A DNA stretch of 64,000 nucleotides from NCBI RefSeq assembly GCF_009834535.1, contig NC_045697.1:32304001-32368000 (forward strand). The letters are read 5' to 3'. Shown here piece by piece: positions 37,281-51,129 of this stretch. Position 1 is the stretch's first letter, and each line of letters begins with the position of its first letter. Under the pieces are notes generated by a model. The model searched no databases. It was not told the origin of the DNA and worked only from the letters and a program-made list of their open reading frames with translations. The translations under genes and the position numbers were made by a program. This stretch comes from Camelus ferus. Its lineage: Eukaryota.

Positions 37281-38454
37281 CCCCGTACATGCTCCTCTCG
37301 CAGCACGACCTGCATTTTATTTCTGTGTCCTCAGCTGCTAACTCAGAGCATGAGATACAGTGAGTGCGTAGTGTATCTTGAACAACAGATTGAATTATTC
37401 GTGTCAACCCCTTTATTTTAATTCTTTGAGGATTACCTGGACTTACGCTGCAGAGCCAGGACTAAGGTAAGATCTCTATACACCTTCTCCAGAGCACTTT
37501 CCACTGCCTCTAGAGCATCGGAGGAGCACGAGATACTAGTTTTATTACCCATAAACCGTACTTGATGTGAGCCTACTGACAAATCCTTGATATGTTAGAG
37601 TTCAATATGCATTTTTTTCCATTTCAATTTTAATCACATATGTCTCTCAGTTATTCTGTGAATTAAGGTTTGACTTCTGAATAAGTCTTTTGCCTTTCTG
37701 AGTCTAGTATGTTGAGTGTACAAATTAGATTAAAATGATCTTTAAATGTCTTCCAGTAGAAATTTTTGTTATATTTTTTAAAATTCTGTATTCTTAGCAA
37801 CCTAATACTGATTCCTTAATGGAATCACTCATTTAACAAACTTTTAATGCCTACTATGTACAAAAGATCATAGACCACCTCCAAAGCTAGGAAGACTGGG
37901 GAGAAAATTAACATACTCTTTTGTATTATCAAGCTGCTTGTTTTTCTTGGAATATCCTTTGATATTCATGTGAAAAAAAATAAAGCCCAATTTGCTTTTC
38001 TGCAGCCCCCTGGGCTTTAGATATTTATGACTTTAATTTTTTTCCAAGTAGATTCATCCCTTTGTGCAGTTCAACTTGTTTTCCCTGATAAGAATCATTT
38101 TAGTAAGTGTTCTGTACAAAATTGTCTTAATAGCGTATCCCATTTGGTGGGTAATCTAGGTAATTGTATAGCTTTTTATTTAAAGACGAGCTTTGAGTGT
38201 TATAGGGATAGAAGCTCAGTTGTAAGGAATGGGCCCAAAGGCCACGTCTGCAGAGCTGGGGCAGAGCTGGGGCTTCCGCAGGGCCGTGGGCTCCGGTATT
38301 TGCTGTTACAGTGACGGCTCTGCCGTCTGTTTCCGCAGGTGGAGATGCCAAGTGACTTGACCGCATTTCAGAGCAACAGCTTTATAATTTGCCTGTTCTT
38401 AAAATTTACACATTCACACAAGTGACATTGTTAATTAAGGCATTACCACTAAGT

Positions 38455-38680
38455 AGTAATATTAACTGCTATTTATTAAATACATAACTATATGCCAGGT
38501 AGTGTTTTAAGTACTTTTATAAACATTACCACATTTAATTCTTACAAGTCAGTAACATGGATTTTATTTTTATTCTGATTTTTCTTCTGAAGAGTGTTAA
38601 GTGGTTTGCCTAAGGTCATACAGTTTGTAGCAAGAAATAGATCAGAAATTTATATCCCAGTCTAACTTCAGTCTTCTATT
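38455..38680 (-). mobile_element. MIR
   Basis: tatatgccaggtagtgttttaagtacttt...gttaagtggtttgcctaaggtcatacag. Confidence 0.7.
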
Positions 38681-39599
38681 AGGTTTTATTCTAATTACCG
38701 AGTACCAATTTATCTCTTAATTACATATTATTCCCTAATTCTCTCCTTATAAATCTTGTTTTTTTTTTAATCACTGTCTAAAGTAGAGCCTCTATTTAAA
38801 CCAGCTTTGTGAATCTACATTGCACTTATTATTTAAGATATGTATAATTTTATATATGAAATCTAAAAGTTTTATAAGAAAGATATTAAAATATAGATGT
38901 CAAAATCAATGTTATTTCATTCCAGATTTTAACTTGGATGGCTAAGTACTTATGGGAAGTGCTGCCATTTCACAAAATGGTTTTGGAACCAATTTTCCTT
39001 TGGGAATACTTTTTTAGTATTCATTTTCCTGTTTAGGCAGAGAAAGAGAAAATACTCTCATTTATGTACAGATAATTACAGTATTCACATAACCTTTGGA
39101 AGTCTTTATTATTATTTTCTTTCCCTGCAAAGTTTCTGTATTTACTGAATTTTATATCAGCCTAAGCACAAGGAATTCTTCCAGCTTGCACTTAAACTAA
39201 TTTTTGAGAGGAAGCAGCATAATTTATACCTTATATAGCATAGTATTTATGAAACTGCATTTATTAAAGCTTTGCAGACAAACACACTTAGGGCTTGTTG
39301 GCGTTCTTTCCTGGTTTGGCTTGATTATTCAGTGCTGATTTATGGCCGCCGTCTCTCTTCACATCTCTGGATGTTTCTCTACTAGTGACAAGGAAGATCC
39401 TGTAATTGCAACGTTTGCTGTAGAATATGAATTCTCAGCCTCTCTTATATATAATAAGCCCAGGGGTCTCTTATTTTCTTTTAACATCGTATCTATTAGA
39501 ATAATTTGTAGCTTCTTATTTATCTTCTGTGTTCTGTCAATAAATATGCAAAACAGGACATTTTTCCTCATTACCTAGTCCAGGGTGTTCAGAAGGAGA

Positions 39600-39930
39600 C
39601 AGTTTGGAGCAGTGCATAGATGTGGGCTCTGGAGTCAAAATACCTGGGATCAAATCCTACTTCTGTTTTCCCTCTGTGTGACCTTGAGGCATGTCAGTTA
39701 ATGCCCCTAAACCTCAGTTTTCTCATCTATACAATAGGAATACAAATCAGAGCTAACATTAATTGAGCACTTAGCATATGTGAAGCCTTACTTTTAAATC
39801 GTTATATTCATTAACACAGTCAATCCTCACAATAACCCTACGTGGGGGTGCAATTATCACTTTCATTTTACACATAAATAAACTAAGGTCCAGAAGAGTT
39901 AAATGGCTTGCTCAAGCTCTCATGGGATAG
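39600..39930. mobile_element. Adjacent MIR (+) and MIR (-) fragments
   Basis: gggctctggagtca...cctcagttttctcatctat, then aatcctcacaataaccct...gttaaatggcttgctcaag. Confidence 0.7.
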
Positions 39931-41444
39931 TTGAGAAGATTAAAAGTGTGTCAAGTAACTGACAGATGCTCAACAAGCAGGGAAAGTCTGAAGAAAGGTG
40001 TTTTCTGAAACAGTCAGGAAGAGCTCTTGGTCACTTAACTGTGTACCTGTAGTAATAGATAAAAGTAGAGGCTGTTCTTTGCTCTCTACGTAAGTACTTA
40101 ACTGATTGGGTTAAAGTTTCTGGAAACTTGACAGAGACCAGTTGCCTCATTTTATAGCTGAAGTAGATACCTTGCCAGATGAAATGACTTAGCTAAGGTT
40201 GCCGAGAAGATTGGTGACAGTTCAAGGACTACAACCCAGGTTTTCTGTCTTAGCCAGGGACTTTTTTTCTCCCATAAGCTCAGTGTGATAGCTGCTCACA
40301 TTGCTATCAACTTCATGTTGACATTTCATTTTTTTAGTTAGAAATATCCAAGGTCAAGGAGGTGTGGCTTGTCTTTCTACTTCCCAGGGAATAGTGAAGA
40401 CAAATTATCTTGGTACCAGAGTTACAAACTTCTGGCAAGAAGAAAAAAAGTGATTTATATTTTTATTTTGTCACACATAACCACAGTTTATATTTGGCTA
40501 TAATAATTCAAAAAGCTCTTTCAATTGTTTTTCTCGATTTGGAGAGTATGGAAGGTGTATTTATTAATCTTTCACGTTATCTAATCAAACTATATAAATT
40601 AACCTTTTTATTTAGTACTTTCTCTGTTTAGGATATTATATAGGAAAACTAAACATCAGACAATGACTCTCAAGTAAAGGGTCAGACAAAGCAGAAAACA
40701 ATGAACATATCCAGGATGGGTAAATCTTTCTAAAGAGAAAAATCTAGGATTCATTTTCATTGGTTGTGATTTGCTTTGTGGTTTTGAAATGAAGGTAGTG
40801 ATTGTACTTCAAAACTAAAACAAACCCAAACAAACAAACCAAAAAAGCCCAGAAATTTAGGCTTGTGAGGAGCAGTCATACATCTTTAAGTTCAAAGTTA
40901 CTACTCAACCTTTAAATATCACCAAACTGTCCAGGGAACTGGTGAATGTCATGGTTAATGTGACAACTGGTCTTCATATATATCATGCATACCCAAGAAT
41001 TCTCTGGGTCTGAAAAGCAATTGAATCAATAGATTTATTTTAACTTTTCGCATAAACACAAGCTTACATTGAATCAGAATCTTTTTTTCCCTTTATGTTC
41101 CTTTCTATTCTTTGGCTGAGAGTGAACTTTTCCTTTACTGTTACTTTCTCAGAATGTTTGGACTTAGATATCCACAGTATAAATCAGATTGTTGGTGATG
41201 CCATAAGAGATAATGATCAAAATGAGATTAAGTTAATCCAATCAAAATTGATCCCTATTCCACCACAAAATATAAAAATCAAATTTCTTGGAGTTTGAGG
41301 ATTTTATATTAGTTTTATCTGACTCTTTCCCCTGGCATTAACAGCTAACAATTTTATCTAACATAAAAATATGATTTAGGTTTTTTTCTAGATATCATAA
41401 TTGAATAGATATTTATAAAAGATGTGGGCAAAATGGCAGACCCT

Positions 41445-41740
41445 TGGTGGTTGAGTATTCGAGTTCTGAGGCAAGACTACCTGGGTTTGCATGCCAGCTT
41501 TGTCACTCACCACAAGACACTGCGCAAATCACTTGTCTTTTCTGTGCCACGGTTCCCTCATCTGTAAAAACAGAATAATGTATGTACACTGCAAAGAGTC
41601 GTTGTGAGGATTAGATGAGTCCATCTGTGTTAAGTGCTTTTTATACACTTAGGTTTCACATTATAGAACTGCACATATAAAAACAGCATGTGCGTAGTGT
41701 GGTGCCTCGCACAGACTAGTAGGACATTTGCTATTCTTGT
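41445..41740 (+). mobile_element. MIR
   Basis: gactacctgggtttg...ttccctcatctgtaaaa...gttgtgaggattagatgag. Confidence 0.75.
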
Positions 41741-41944
41741 TGCTTTAATTGGCATGAATTATTACTGATGTTGAAAATAGTTTTGTTTCTTAACCATTTA
41801 TTTTCCTTCTGTAATTTCTTGTTCAAATCCCTTGCCCATTTTTATTGCCATATTAACTGTTTTTTGTCTTACTGATTTTTGAAATGTGTATCATTTCCTG
41901 ACCTATTGCTTTGGAGATCATCGATGCCATAATATTCAAAATAA

Positions 41945-42300
41945 TTAATAAGGAGGTATTAACCAAGCACATGCAATGTCTGAGATGCTGTGCTAAGTGC
42001 TGTGCAGAATAGAAAAATCAATGACATGGTCCCTTTCTTCTATGTGATTTTTAACATAGTAGGGGGGAAAGGAAACATCCAAAATAATGCAGTGTGTCAT
42101 AATAGAGCTTTCCATATCTGTGCTTTTGGTACATTGATAAGGAAGTCATTAATTTGGATTGGAATCATCCCAGAAGCTGTTTGGAAGAGGTAGCATTTAA
42201 GATCGGATTGAATGATGAGCAAAATTTCAAGAAGCATACATGGACAAGGGATTCTAGTGGGTTAAAATAATGAGAGAGAAGACAGAGTGGGGAAATATAA
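41945..42300 (-). mobile_element. L2 remnant
   Basis: gctgtgctaagtgctgtg...gacatggtccctttc...gaagaggtagcatttaag. Confidence 0.5.
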
Positions 42301-42695
42301 TACTCATTTAAACTTATTTTTAGATTTTTTTAAAATTTGTATGTGATATTGTTTACTACAAAGCAAACACTGTGATCACTGACCCCTTAGAGCTTTGAAT
42401 CATAAGGAGATATATGACTTGTACCTAACCTAAGACTAATTCAGGAACTCAAGCTGGTGGTGTACATGATCCATTGAATGCTGCAATTTATGTTAAAAGA
42501 TTAGACTTAATGCATAGAACTGACAACATATGCAATAATGACAATTTCTTTTTGTCAGTTTTGAATAGAAGAGGTGGATTATGGCAGTTCCAAGGCTGTA
42601 AAAATCTAGAGGGATAACAAACAATATTTTGTGGCAAATTCCCAAGGGCAGGTATGCAAGAAGCCAGTCAGTGATCCTTGATATATTTGAATAAG

Positions 42696-42899
42696 CAGCG
42701 TTTTTCAAGCTGGGCACTCTGCATTTTTAGTCAGATAAGTCTTTTTTGTGGGGCTGTCCTATGCATTCTGGGGTGTTTAGCAGCATCCTAGATCCCCATA
42801 GCACCTCTCCCCACCCCAGGGTTAGAACAAACAAAAATATCTGTAGATATTGTTGAATGTCCCTTTGGGGGCAAAATCTCTACTGGTGAAGAACCACTG
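42696..42899 (+). mobile_element. MER20 MITE
   Basis: cagcgtttttcaagc...ggggctgtcctatgcatt...gggggcaaaatc...aagaaccactg. Confidence 0.85.
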
Positions 42900-43209
42900 G
42901 AAGTCTTACTTTATTGTTACCATATTATTGGAAAATATGTTCTATTTTAATAATTATAATACCAAAGACCTACCATTTATTGGACATACGAATAAAAGAG
43001 TTTTAAAATATGTATGTTCTTATATAAAGTGCATTCCAAATGTGAAAGCTTGGATCCACACTTTACAGCGTCCAAAACTTGGTACAAACCAAGCTGAGCT
43101 CATCTTCTGAATTTACCCACATACTAGCACATGCCTTAAATGCAGCAACTTAGTATTCCTGCTGTGAAAAATCAAGCAGGTTACTCTAACTTAGGAGACT
43201 TATGGAATT

Positions 43210-44085
43210 ACCTTTTTAGAACCTTATATTTTGAAATGATTTCAGAATTAAATAAAAGTTGCAAAAAATGTAAAAAATATTTCTCAAATGTTAACATTTT
43301 ACTGCTTTGTGATTTCTCTCTCTCTTTCTGTGCGTGTGTGTGTAACTTTTAAAAAACCATTTGAGAGTAAGTTACATACATGATGCCCCTTTACAAGTAA
43401 ATACTAACATATTTATTTCCAAAAATAAGGCTGTTCTCTTTTGTAACCATGATGCAATTGTCAAAAATAGGAAGTTAATACTGATTCAGTACTAATATTT
43501 AATCTTTGGGCCTTATTTAAATAATGCCATTAGCTCTTCTAACATCCCATCTAAGATCACATGTTGCATTTAGTTGTCATGTCTCTTTAGAGATGGAACA
43601 GTTCTTCAGGTTTGTTTTTTTTTGGGGGGGGACCTGGACTGAATGTTTGTTTCATCTCCCACCAAAATCTGTATGTTGAATCCCTAACTCCTAGTGTGGC
43701 TGTATTTGGAGATAGGTCTTCTAAGGAAGTAACTAAGGTTAAATGTAGTCATAAGGGTGGTTCCCTGATCCAATAGAATTAGTGTCCTTATAAGAAGAGA
43801 CATCAGAGAGCTTGACCCCCTGCCCGCCCCGTATCTCTGCATATCCGAGGAAAGACCCTTTGTAAAGATGTGGGGGAGATGGTGGCCATCTGCAAGACAG
43901 GAAACCAGCCCCACTAGAAACCAACCCTACCATACCGTCATCATAAACTTCCAGCCTCCAGAACTGTGGGAAAATAAATTTCCATCATTTAAGCTACCCA
44001 GTCTATGATAATTTGTTTTGACAACCTGAAGCTAATACAATAACCTTGACATTTTTGAGATATACAAACCAGTTACAGTGTTTAA
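43210..44085 (-). mobile_element. L1MC4/5-type 3' end interrupted by MLT1A
   Basis: aaccatttgagagtaagtt and gatcacatgttgcatttagttgtcatgtctctttag; resumes at ccttgacatttttgag after 44040. Confidence 0.7.
43633..44039 (+). mobile_element. MLT1A/B MaLR solo LTR
   Basis: tggactgaatgtttgt...tatgttgaatccctaac...ggtggccatctgcaag...cagcctccagaactgtg...gctaataca. Confidence 0.85.
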
Positions 44086-44449
44086 CCCTCAGGTTAATAT
44101 CCATAAAATCTACTATCAGCTAAAGGGCTCTTCCAATGTACAGGAAATGCACGTTTGTGGATTGGGCTAGGATGACTGCAGTGGCATGGTGAGATGTTCA
44201 TATTCGGGGTGTATTTCATATTAAAGCCAACAGGCTTCCTAATGCATTAGGAATGAGACATGAGGGAAAAAGAAGAGACCCAGTTTCAGCAAACATGACA
44301 GAGATCATACTGCAGATCTTTGACAGTTTATATACATATCACCACAAAGCAATTTCTAGTTTGAAATAATTTTCAGTCCTAGTGGCATAATATTTTTATA
44401 TATTTTGAACATAAGTTTATTGAATAAAAGATGGTTGGTAGGGTGAATA

Positions 44450-44715
44450 AATAGCTTCATTCACAGCAAATCTTTATTTCAGGGTAAGTTAAACTTTCAG
44501 AATAATCTAAAAGCCATAGGGTAAATAAGTTAGATAACCACTTTAAGCAATAACATTTGCAGCCAAAAATTTAAGTAATAACTCTGGTTTCTTTGCATTT
44601 GATTCTGAGGGCAATTCCAAGGGAGAGTTTTCAAAAAAGCTTTTAAGCAGTAAAAGCACCGTTAGCAAAAGTGGCTACATCTTAAAGATTAATTTTCTTT
44701 GAAAGAAACAAACCT
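44450..44715 (+). mobile_element. Possible ancient TcMar/mariner-like remnant
   Basis: gcaattccaagggagagttttcaaaaaagc translates AIPRESFQKSF, then a broken Q*KHR*QKW...FFE. This resembles a mariner C-terminal AIPxxxFQKCFEQWxxRWxKC...YFE. Confidence 0.45.
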
Positions 44716-44926
44716 CAATAATATCTACAGATAATGTAATACTATTTATATCTGTAGGTATAAATATCTATAGATTATGTCGTTTCTCATTATTATCCTG
44801 TCTCCTCTTCCCCTGTAAAAGACTAAACTCTTGTTCTTCATTTTTTAATTTTGTAAATGTGGCTATCTCCGTGGTACCCTGTATGGTACTTACAGAGCTG
44901 TCTATAAGTGTACCTATATCTCTCTG

Positions 44927-44931
<5 letters not shown>

Positions 44932-44996
<65 letters not shown>
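44932..44996. repeat. Compound (CT)n(AT)n microsatellite
   Basis: Read directly; it accounts for ORFs 44768-45001 and 44908-45090. Confidence 0.95.
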
Positions 44997-44999
<3 letters not shown>

Positions 45000-45859
45000 A
45001 TATCTACATTTATCTCTAGTGTCTATATTTAATTACATATTACCTAGCTATATGACTGTTATAAAGAGGCCTTTCTTTTTCATCTGGTAATTACCGCTGT
45101 ATGCTTACTAATTTCTCTCAGATTCATGAATCTGGAAAGAACTTAGAAGTCACTTACTCAAACTTTCTAATTTAGTACACGAGGAAACTGATTTTCTTCC
45201 CAAATAGATCTTTAACCAGCATTACATTAAGGATAAGAACTGATGTTTTCTGTCTCCTGGTGGAGAAATCAATTGGAATAAAGGTTACAATACTATTCAG
45301 AGGAAGAAAAGTTTTACTAGTGTTGTAACTTAGTTTGGGAGTTGAAGGCACACTAATTTCTGCTGTAGATATTTTGAAAAAAAAAAAAAAAAGGACAAAA
45401 TTTTAGCTTCAGAGGCTCCACAAAGAGTCAGAGTTACAAGCCAATTGATTGCTTTAAAGCCTGCAAACTCATAGAATCAACAAGTCACAGTAGATAGTGT
45501 TAAAGCAGTTAGGTGAACTGCAATAAATTATGAACTAACAGCAAGATTTCTCATCGAAAAAAATTACTTTTGTAATTAGGGGCCATTAGTGTTCTGGAGA
45601 ATACCCAATGGATATTCTTAATCTGTAGATGGGCAGTGAGAATGTGGAGGAAAAAGCATTTCTTAAACATTTATTGTTTGGCAATCACTTTTCCTACATT
45701 ATTATGAAAAATTCACAATTTTAAATTTATCAAAATTCTGGCTCCAAGAGAATTTTAAATAAAAATTCTGAGTTGAATATTTCTTATTTTAAAGTCAGTA
45801 ATTCATACCTTCACATCAAGTATTGAAGTATGCCAAATGTAAGTTACTAAAAATATGTT

Positions 45860-47205
45860 AAACACTATAGGTTTTGATGAATGTATGTACTGTGAAACCA
45901 TCACCACAATTAATATAATGAGCATATTCTATATCCCCAAAGTCTCCTCCTGTCCCTCTGTGATCACCCTCTCTTGCTAACACCTTTCCACTCCCACCCC
46001 ACCCCCAGGCAATCCTGATACTTCTGTCACTGTATTCTAGTTTATACTTCCTAGAATATTACACCATTCTAGTAGGAGTTCTTTTTTGTATGGCTTCCTT
46101 TATTGGACATAATTATTTTGAGACTCATTCATTTTGCTTCATAGGTCAGTAGTTCATTTGGTTGTACTGCTGTGTAATAGTCCAGGGTATAGATACCCTA
46201 CAGTTCATCCTTTCATCCGTGGATGGTCATTTGTACGGTTTTCCAGTTTTTGTTGATGATTACCAACAAAGCAGCTATGAACACTAGGGTACAATGTTTA
46301 TGTTTACGTGCACAAATATTTTTGTGAACATACGATCTGGTTTTCTTGGAAATAGCTGTTAGATATGACAGGCATACACACAAATTTATTTAAAATTTCC
46401 AAGCTTTTCTGGATTTGTTGGCTATTTCCCATTTGTACCAGCAGTATAGGAGAGCTCCAGTTACTCCCCGTTCTCGCCGACACTTGGTATGGCCAGTCTT
46501 TTGAAGTAGTAGACATCTGAGGTTTGAGCGGTAATCTATTGAGGTTCTTAATTTGCATATCCTTTATGATGAATGATGTTGGGCATTTGCCCTGTGTTTA
46601 TTTCCATGTTGCCATCCATATATCTTCTTAAGTGTCTAATTCAAACCTTTTGCCTAATTTAAAACATTTTGTTTGTTTTCTTATTATTGAGTTTTGAAAA
46701 TTTTTTACATATCTGGATATAAACCCTTTATCAAATATGTGATTTGCAAATATTATTTTCTAATCTTTGGCCTTTCTATTTATCCTCTTACTGTCTTTCA
46801 GAGACCAGAAGTTATTAATTCTTATGATGACCCAATTTATTTATTTTTTTCTATATGGAAAGTCTTTGCCTAATTCAATGTTAAAAAAATATTTTCTCCT
46901 ATGTTTTCTTCTGGAAGTTGTATAGTTTGAGTTTTCACCGTTAGGCCTGTGTTCTATTTGAGTTACTGTTTGTATTTGGCCTAAGCTGTAGATTGAAATA
47001 ATTCTATTTTATTTTTTAAATATAGATATGTGTCATTTGTTGAGAAGACTATCTTTTCTCCTGCCTTTGCATTTCTTTCAAAACTCAATCTATTCTGGAT
47101 TCTATATTCTTTGTCTATACAGACACCAATAGTACACTATTTTGATTATTGTAGCTTTATTTTAATACTTGATATCAGCTAGCATAATCTTTCACTTTTT
47201 TAGAA
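45860..47205 (-). mobile_element. Old L1M 3' end and ORF2 remnant
   Basis: tgtgaaaccatcaccacaat, ccccaggcaatcctgat, cccatttgtaccagcagtataggagagctccag and ggatataaaccctttatcaaatatgtgatttgcaaatatt. Confidence 0.8.
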
Positions 47206-47209
47206 CTTA

Positions 47210-48835
47210 TTATTTTTTTTACTAAGACTATTTGTAAGAGCAGTTTTAAGTTCACAGCAAAATTGAGAAGGTAGAGAGAGTACCCATATCCGCCCTGCCC
47301 CCACACATGCATAGCCTCCGGCATTTTCAGCATCCCCCAGAAGAGTGGTACATGTATTACAACTGATGCACCTACAGTGATCCGTTATAATCTCCCAAAG
47401 TCTATAGTTTTACATTAAGGTTCACTTTTGATGTTGTACATTCTATGAGTTTGAATAAGTGTGTAATGACGTGTACCCAGCATATCATACAGAGTATTTT
47501 CACTGCTCTAAAAATCCTCTTTTCTCAACTTGTTCATCCCTCCCTCTACCCAACCCCTGGCAACCATTGATCATTTTACTGTCTCCATAGTTTTGCCTTT
47601 TCCAGAATGTCATCTCGTTGTAATCATACAGTATGTAGCCTTTTCAGATTGGCTCCTTCCACTTAGCAATATGCATTTAAGCAATATGCATTCCTCCATG
47701 CCTTTGTATGGTTTAATAGCTCATTTCTTTTTAGTGCCTGAATAAAATTCCATATTTCTTTATCCATTCAGTTATTGAAAAACATCTTGGTTGCTTCCAA
47801 GTTTGGCAACTGCAAATAAAGCTGCTATAAACATCTGTGTGCAGGTTTTTGTGTGGACATAAGTCTTCAACTCCTTTGAGTGAAAGAATACTAAGTATTG
47901 TGACTAGATTTTATGTTTAGTTTTATAAGAAACCTCCAAACTGTCTTCCAAAGTGGCTGTGGCCTTATGCATTCCTGGCAGCAATGAATGAGTGCTCCTT
48001 CGCGCCACATCCTTGTCAGCATCTGGTGTCGACAGTATTCCAGAGTTGGGCCATTCTAATAGGTGTGCAGTGGCATCTCATTGTTGTTTTAATTTGCATT
48101 TCCCAGATGACATATGCTGTGAAACATCTTTTCATATGCTTATTTATAATCTATCTTTTTTGGTGACATGTCTGTTAAGGTTTTTGGCCCATGTTTAAAT
48201 CGGATTGTTTGTTTTCTTACTGTTGAGGTTTAAGAATTATTTGTATATTTTGGACAACAGTCCTTTAACAGATGTGTTTTTTTGAAAATATTTTCTCCCA
48301 GTATGTGACTTGTCTTTCCATTCTCTTGACATTGTCTTTCACTGAGCAAAGTTTTTAATTTTAATAAAATCCAGCTTATCAATGATTTCTTTTATGAATT
48401 GTGTCTTTGGTGTTATACATAAAATGTCATCACCATATGCAAGGTCATCTAGGTTTCTCCTATGTTATCTTACAGGAGTTTTATAATTTTGTATTTTACA
48501 TTTAGGTCTATGATCAATTTTGAGTTAAATTTTGTGGAAGATTTAAGGTCTGTATTTAGATGATTCTTCTTTTTCTTTTCCTTTTTTTTTTTTTGGCATG
48601 TGGATATCTATTTGTTCCAGAACTATTTGTTGAAGACTGTCTTTGCTCCACTGAATCGCCTTTGTTCCTTTGTCAAAGATCAGCTGATTGTATTGATGTG
48701 AGTAATTTCTGGGCTCTCTCTTCTGTTTCACTGATCTATTTGTCTACTCTTTTGTCAATACTACACTGTCTTAATTACTGTAGCTTTACAGTAAGTCTTA
48801 GAGTCGGTTAATGTCAGTCATCCAAATTTGTTCTC
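47210..48835 (-). mobile_element. L1MC1/2-type element (3'UTR and ORF2 3' part) nested in an older L1
   Basis: gagcagttttaagttcacagcaaaattgagaag...cccccacacatgcatagcctcc. ORF 48543-48731 (YNQLIFDKGTKAIQWSKDSL) is L1 ORF2p. Confidence 0.85.
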
Positions 48836-48839
48836 AGGT

Positions 48840-50700
48840 TTTTTTTAATAGATGCCCTTTATCAGGGTGAGAATCACCCTTTTTGTTCATAGTTTTCCAA
48901 GAGTTTTTGCTTGTTTATTTTTGTTTGTTTTTAAGAAGGAAAAAATGTTGTATTTTATCAGATGTTTTTCTTGCATCTATTGAGATGATCGTATGGTTTT
49001 TCTTTTTCATTCTGTTAATATGGTAAATTGCATTGATTGATTTTCAAATATTAAACCAGTCCTACAGTTCCTAAAATAAACCGATTTGGTCATGATCTGT
49101 CATATTTTTTATACTTTTGGATTTAGTTTGGTAAGATTTGCTAATAATTTTTGCATCAATTTTTATGAGTTATTGAACTGTAATTTTCTTTTCCTACACT
49201 GTTTTAAAAGTATTACACTAATGCTGGCTTCATAGAATTAATTACTTAGTGTTTTCTCTTCTATTTTCCGAAGGAAATTGCACAGAGTTGGAATTACTTC
49301 TTCCTTAGATGTTTGGTAAAATGGTGAAGCTGTGTGGATCTTGAGTTTTCTTTGTGGGAAGGTTTATGGTTATAAATTTAATTTTAAAAATAGATATGGG
49401 GCTTTCAGTATTTACCCAAGCAGTGTCAACTCCCAGTGCTGTTCCTTCCTCTGTGTTGATCCAGATTTATGTTTTATACCATTATCCTTCAGAAATCCTT
49501 TAATAGTTCTTGTAATACAGGCTTGCTGGTGATGAAATTTTATGAGCTTTTATGTCTGAAAAAGCCTTTATTTTACCTTTGTTTTAAAATGATATGGAAT
49601 TCTAAGTTGATAGGCTTTTTTTCCCCTCATTACTTTAAAGGTGTTGCTTCTCTGTTTTCTGGCTTAACTAGGATTCCAATGAGAAATCTGTTGTTAACCT
49701 TTTTCTTTTTTCCCTTGTCTTTTAAGATTTTATCTTTATCACCAGCTAATGCCCCTGGACTATAAACTTCCCAAGTGCTCTCAGTTCTTCCCCACCCGCC
49801 CCCCGCAGGTGGAACAGACTGGCTAGAGCTGACTGGGTATTGCTCCTCCCTCAGGTAGTTAGGCTCTATGATACCCAGCTGGCTGGTCTCTAACTAGCTT
49901 CTCCTGCAGGAGGCCTTGTTAAGAAGAGTGCTCGGGTGTCTTTCAAAATGGTTCCTCGTCTTCTCTCCCTGGCAGAAGGAAAAAGCGGTTTCTCCTCGGA
50001 TATTTACCATGAGAACCTGGTTGAGCTCCTGGAAGTAAAACTCAACAAAAGTGAGTGAATATTTTACATTATTAAGTACTGGATATTTTTTGCTTCTATA
50101 TATGTATATTCTTGAGTTTGTTCTGGGATTGTTAATTTACTTGGAAACAGTTTGATTTCTGTTGATATCTTGCTTTAGAACTTAGGTAGGAGTGTGGATC
50201 ATTACTCTATAGGGTCAGTTTTATCAGACTAGGACAGAACTTTTCTGAGAAGTAAGCCTACTTGATGTTGTTGGAACGCTGAGATCTTCCATGCCGCTGG
50301 TGCTGACTGAAGGAATTCCTTCTAATGCTTTGCCTGGCCCCAGGTAATTTCGTCACATGCGTGAGCTGATGATTCTCTAGCTGGAGTCTCTGGGGAGAAC
50401 CTCCATAAATCTCTGGAGCTCTCTACATGACTCTCTAGCTATCATGGCCCTTGTTGCCTTCCGGCTCTTTCGGCTGACCTCAGGGAGTGTGCAGAGCTCC
50501 CCATGGTTTCCCCTTTCCTTGCTGCATCATGTAAACGTTTTCCTTATTGCCTGATGCATAATATCTGAACTGTTAAAACTGTTTAATAACTTAAAACTGT
50601 TGTTTTATGCATTCTCTGTCCCACCCTGGTTTGTTTGTTTTTTGTAGTTTAAGAGGGTAATTCTGATCCCTGTTACTCAATCTTGGCAAGAAGAAAAATG
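48840..50700 (-). mobile_element. Further old L1M ORF2/ORF1/5' fragments
   Basis: gcatctattgagatgatcgtatggtttt, caggcttgctggtgatgaaatt and tgggattgttaatttacttggaaacagtttgat. Confidence 0.65.
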
Positions 50701-50716
50701 CTCCCACTTTTCAATT

Positions 50717-50820
50717 TTGTTTTAAGAGTTTTATCTTGTTTTAGGACTTGTTTTTATCTTGTTTTAAGACTTGTTTTTATCTTGTTTTAAGTGTTTTATC
50801 TTATTTTAAGAGTTATCTTG
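50717..50820. repeat. Degenerate minisatellite, 17-23-bp unit ttgttttaagac(ttgt)ttttatc, about 5 copies
   Basis: Units read directly. Confidence 0.9.
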
Positions 50821-51129
50821 ATTGGCTATGATTTATGTGTATACAGATTTGTTACTCAGTGGCATTAAAATATAGATTATGCAAATTAAAGGTAAGAAAA
50901 TTTAAGAATTTTAATTAACTTTCTCTGTTTAAATTTTCCATAATGCAAATGAACTCTCCCAAAAAGAACCAAGAAACTTTAGGAAATGTATATTTTCCAA
51001 ACTTGACAGGCCAAGTGGATTGTAAATTAGGTTCATGCTGTTGACACATTTTGGCACCATCTTTTGTTTGACTTAGTTGAAGTACGTTGGGTTTGAATTT
51101 TGCAAAGTATTCGGTAATTAGCCCCTTAC

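Noticed and set aside
50717..50820. CRISPR-like array
   Set aside because: Head-to-tail degenerate units without unique spacers, in a mammalian context with no cas genes.
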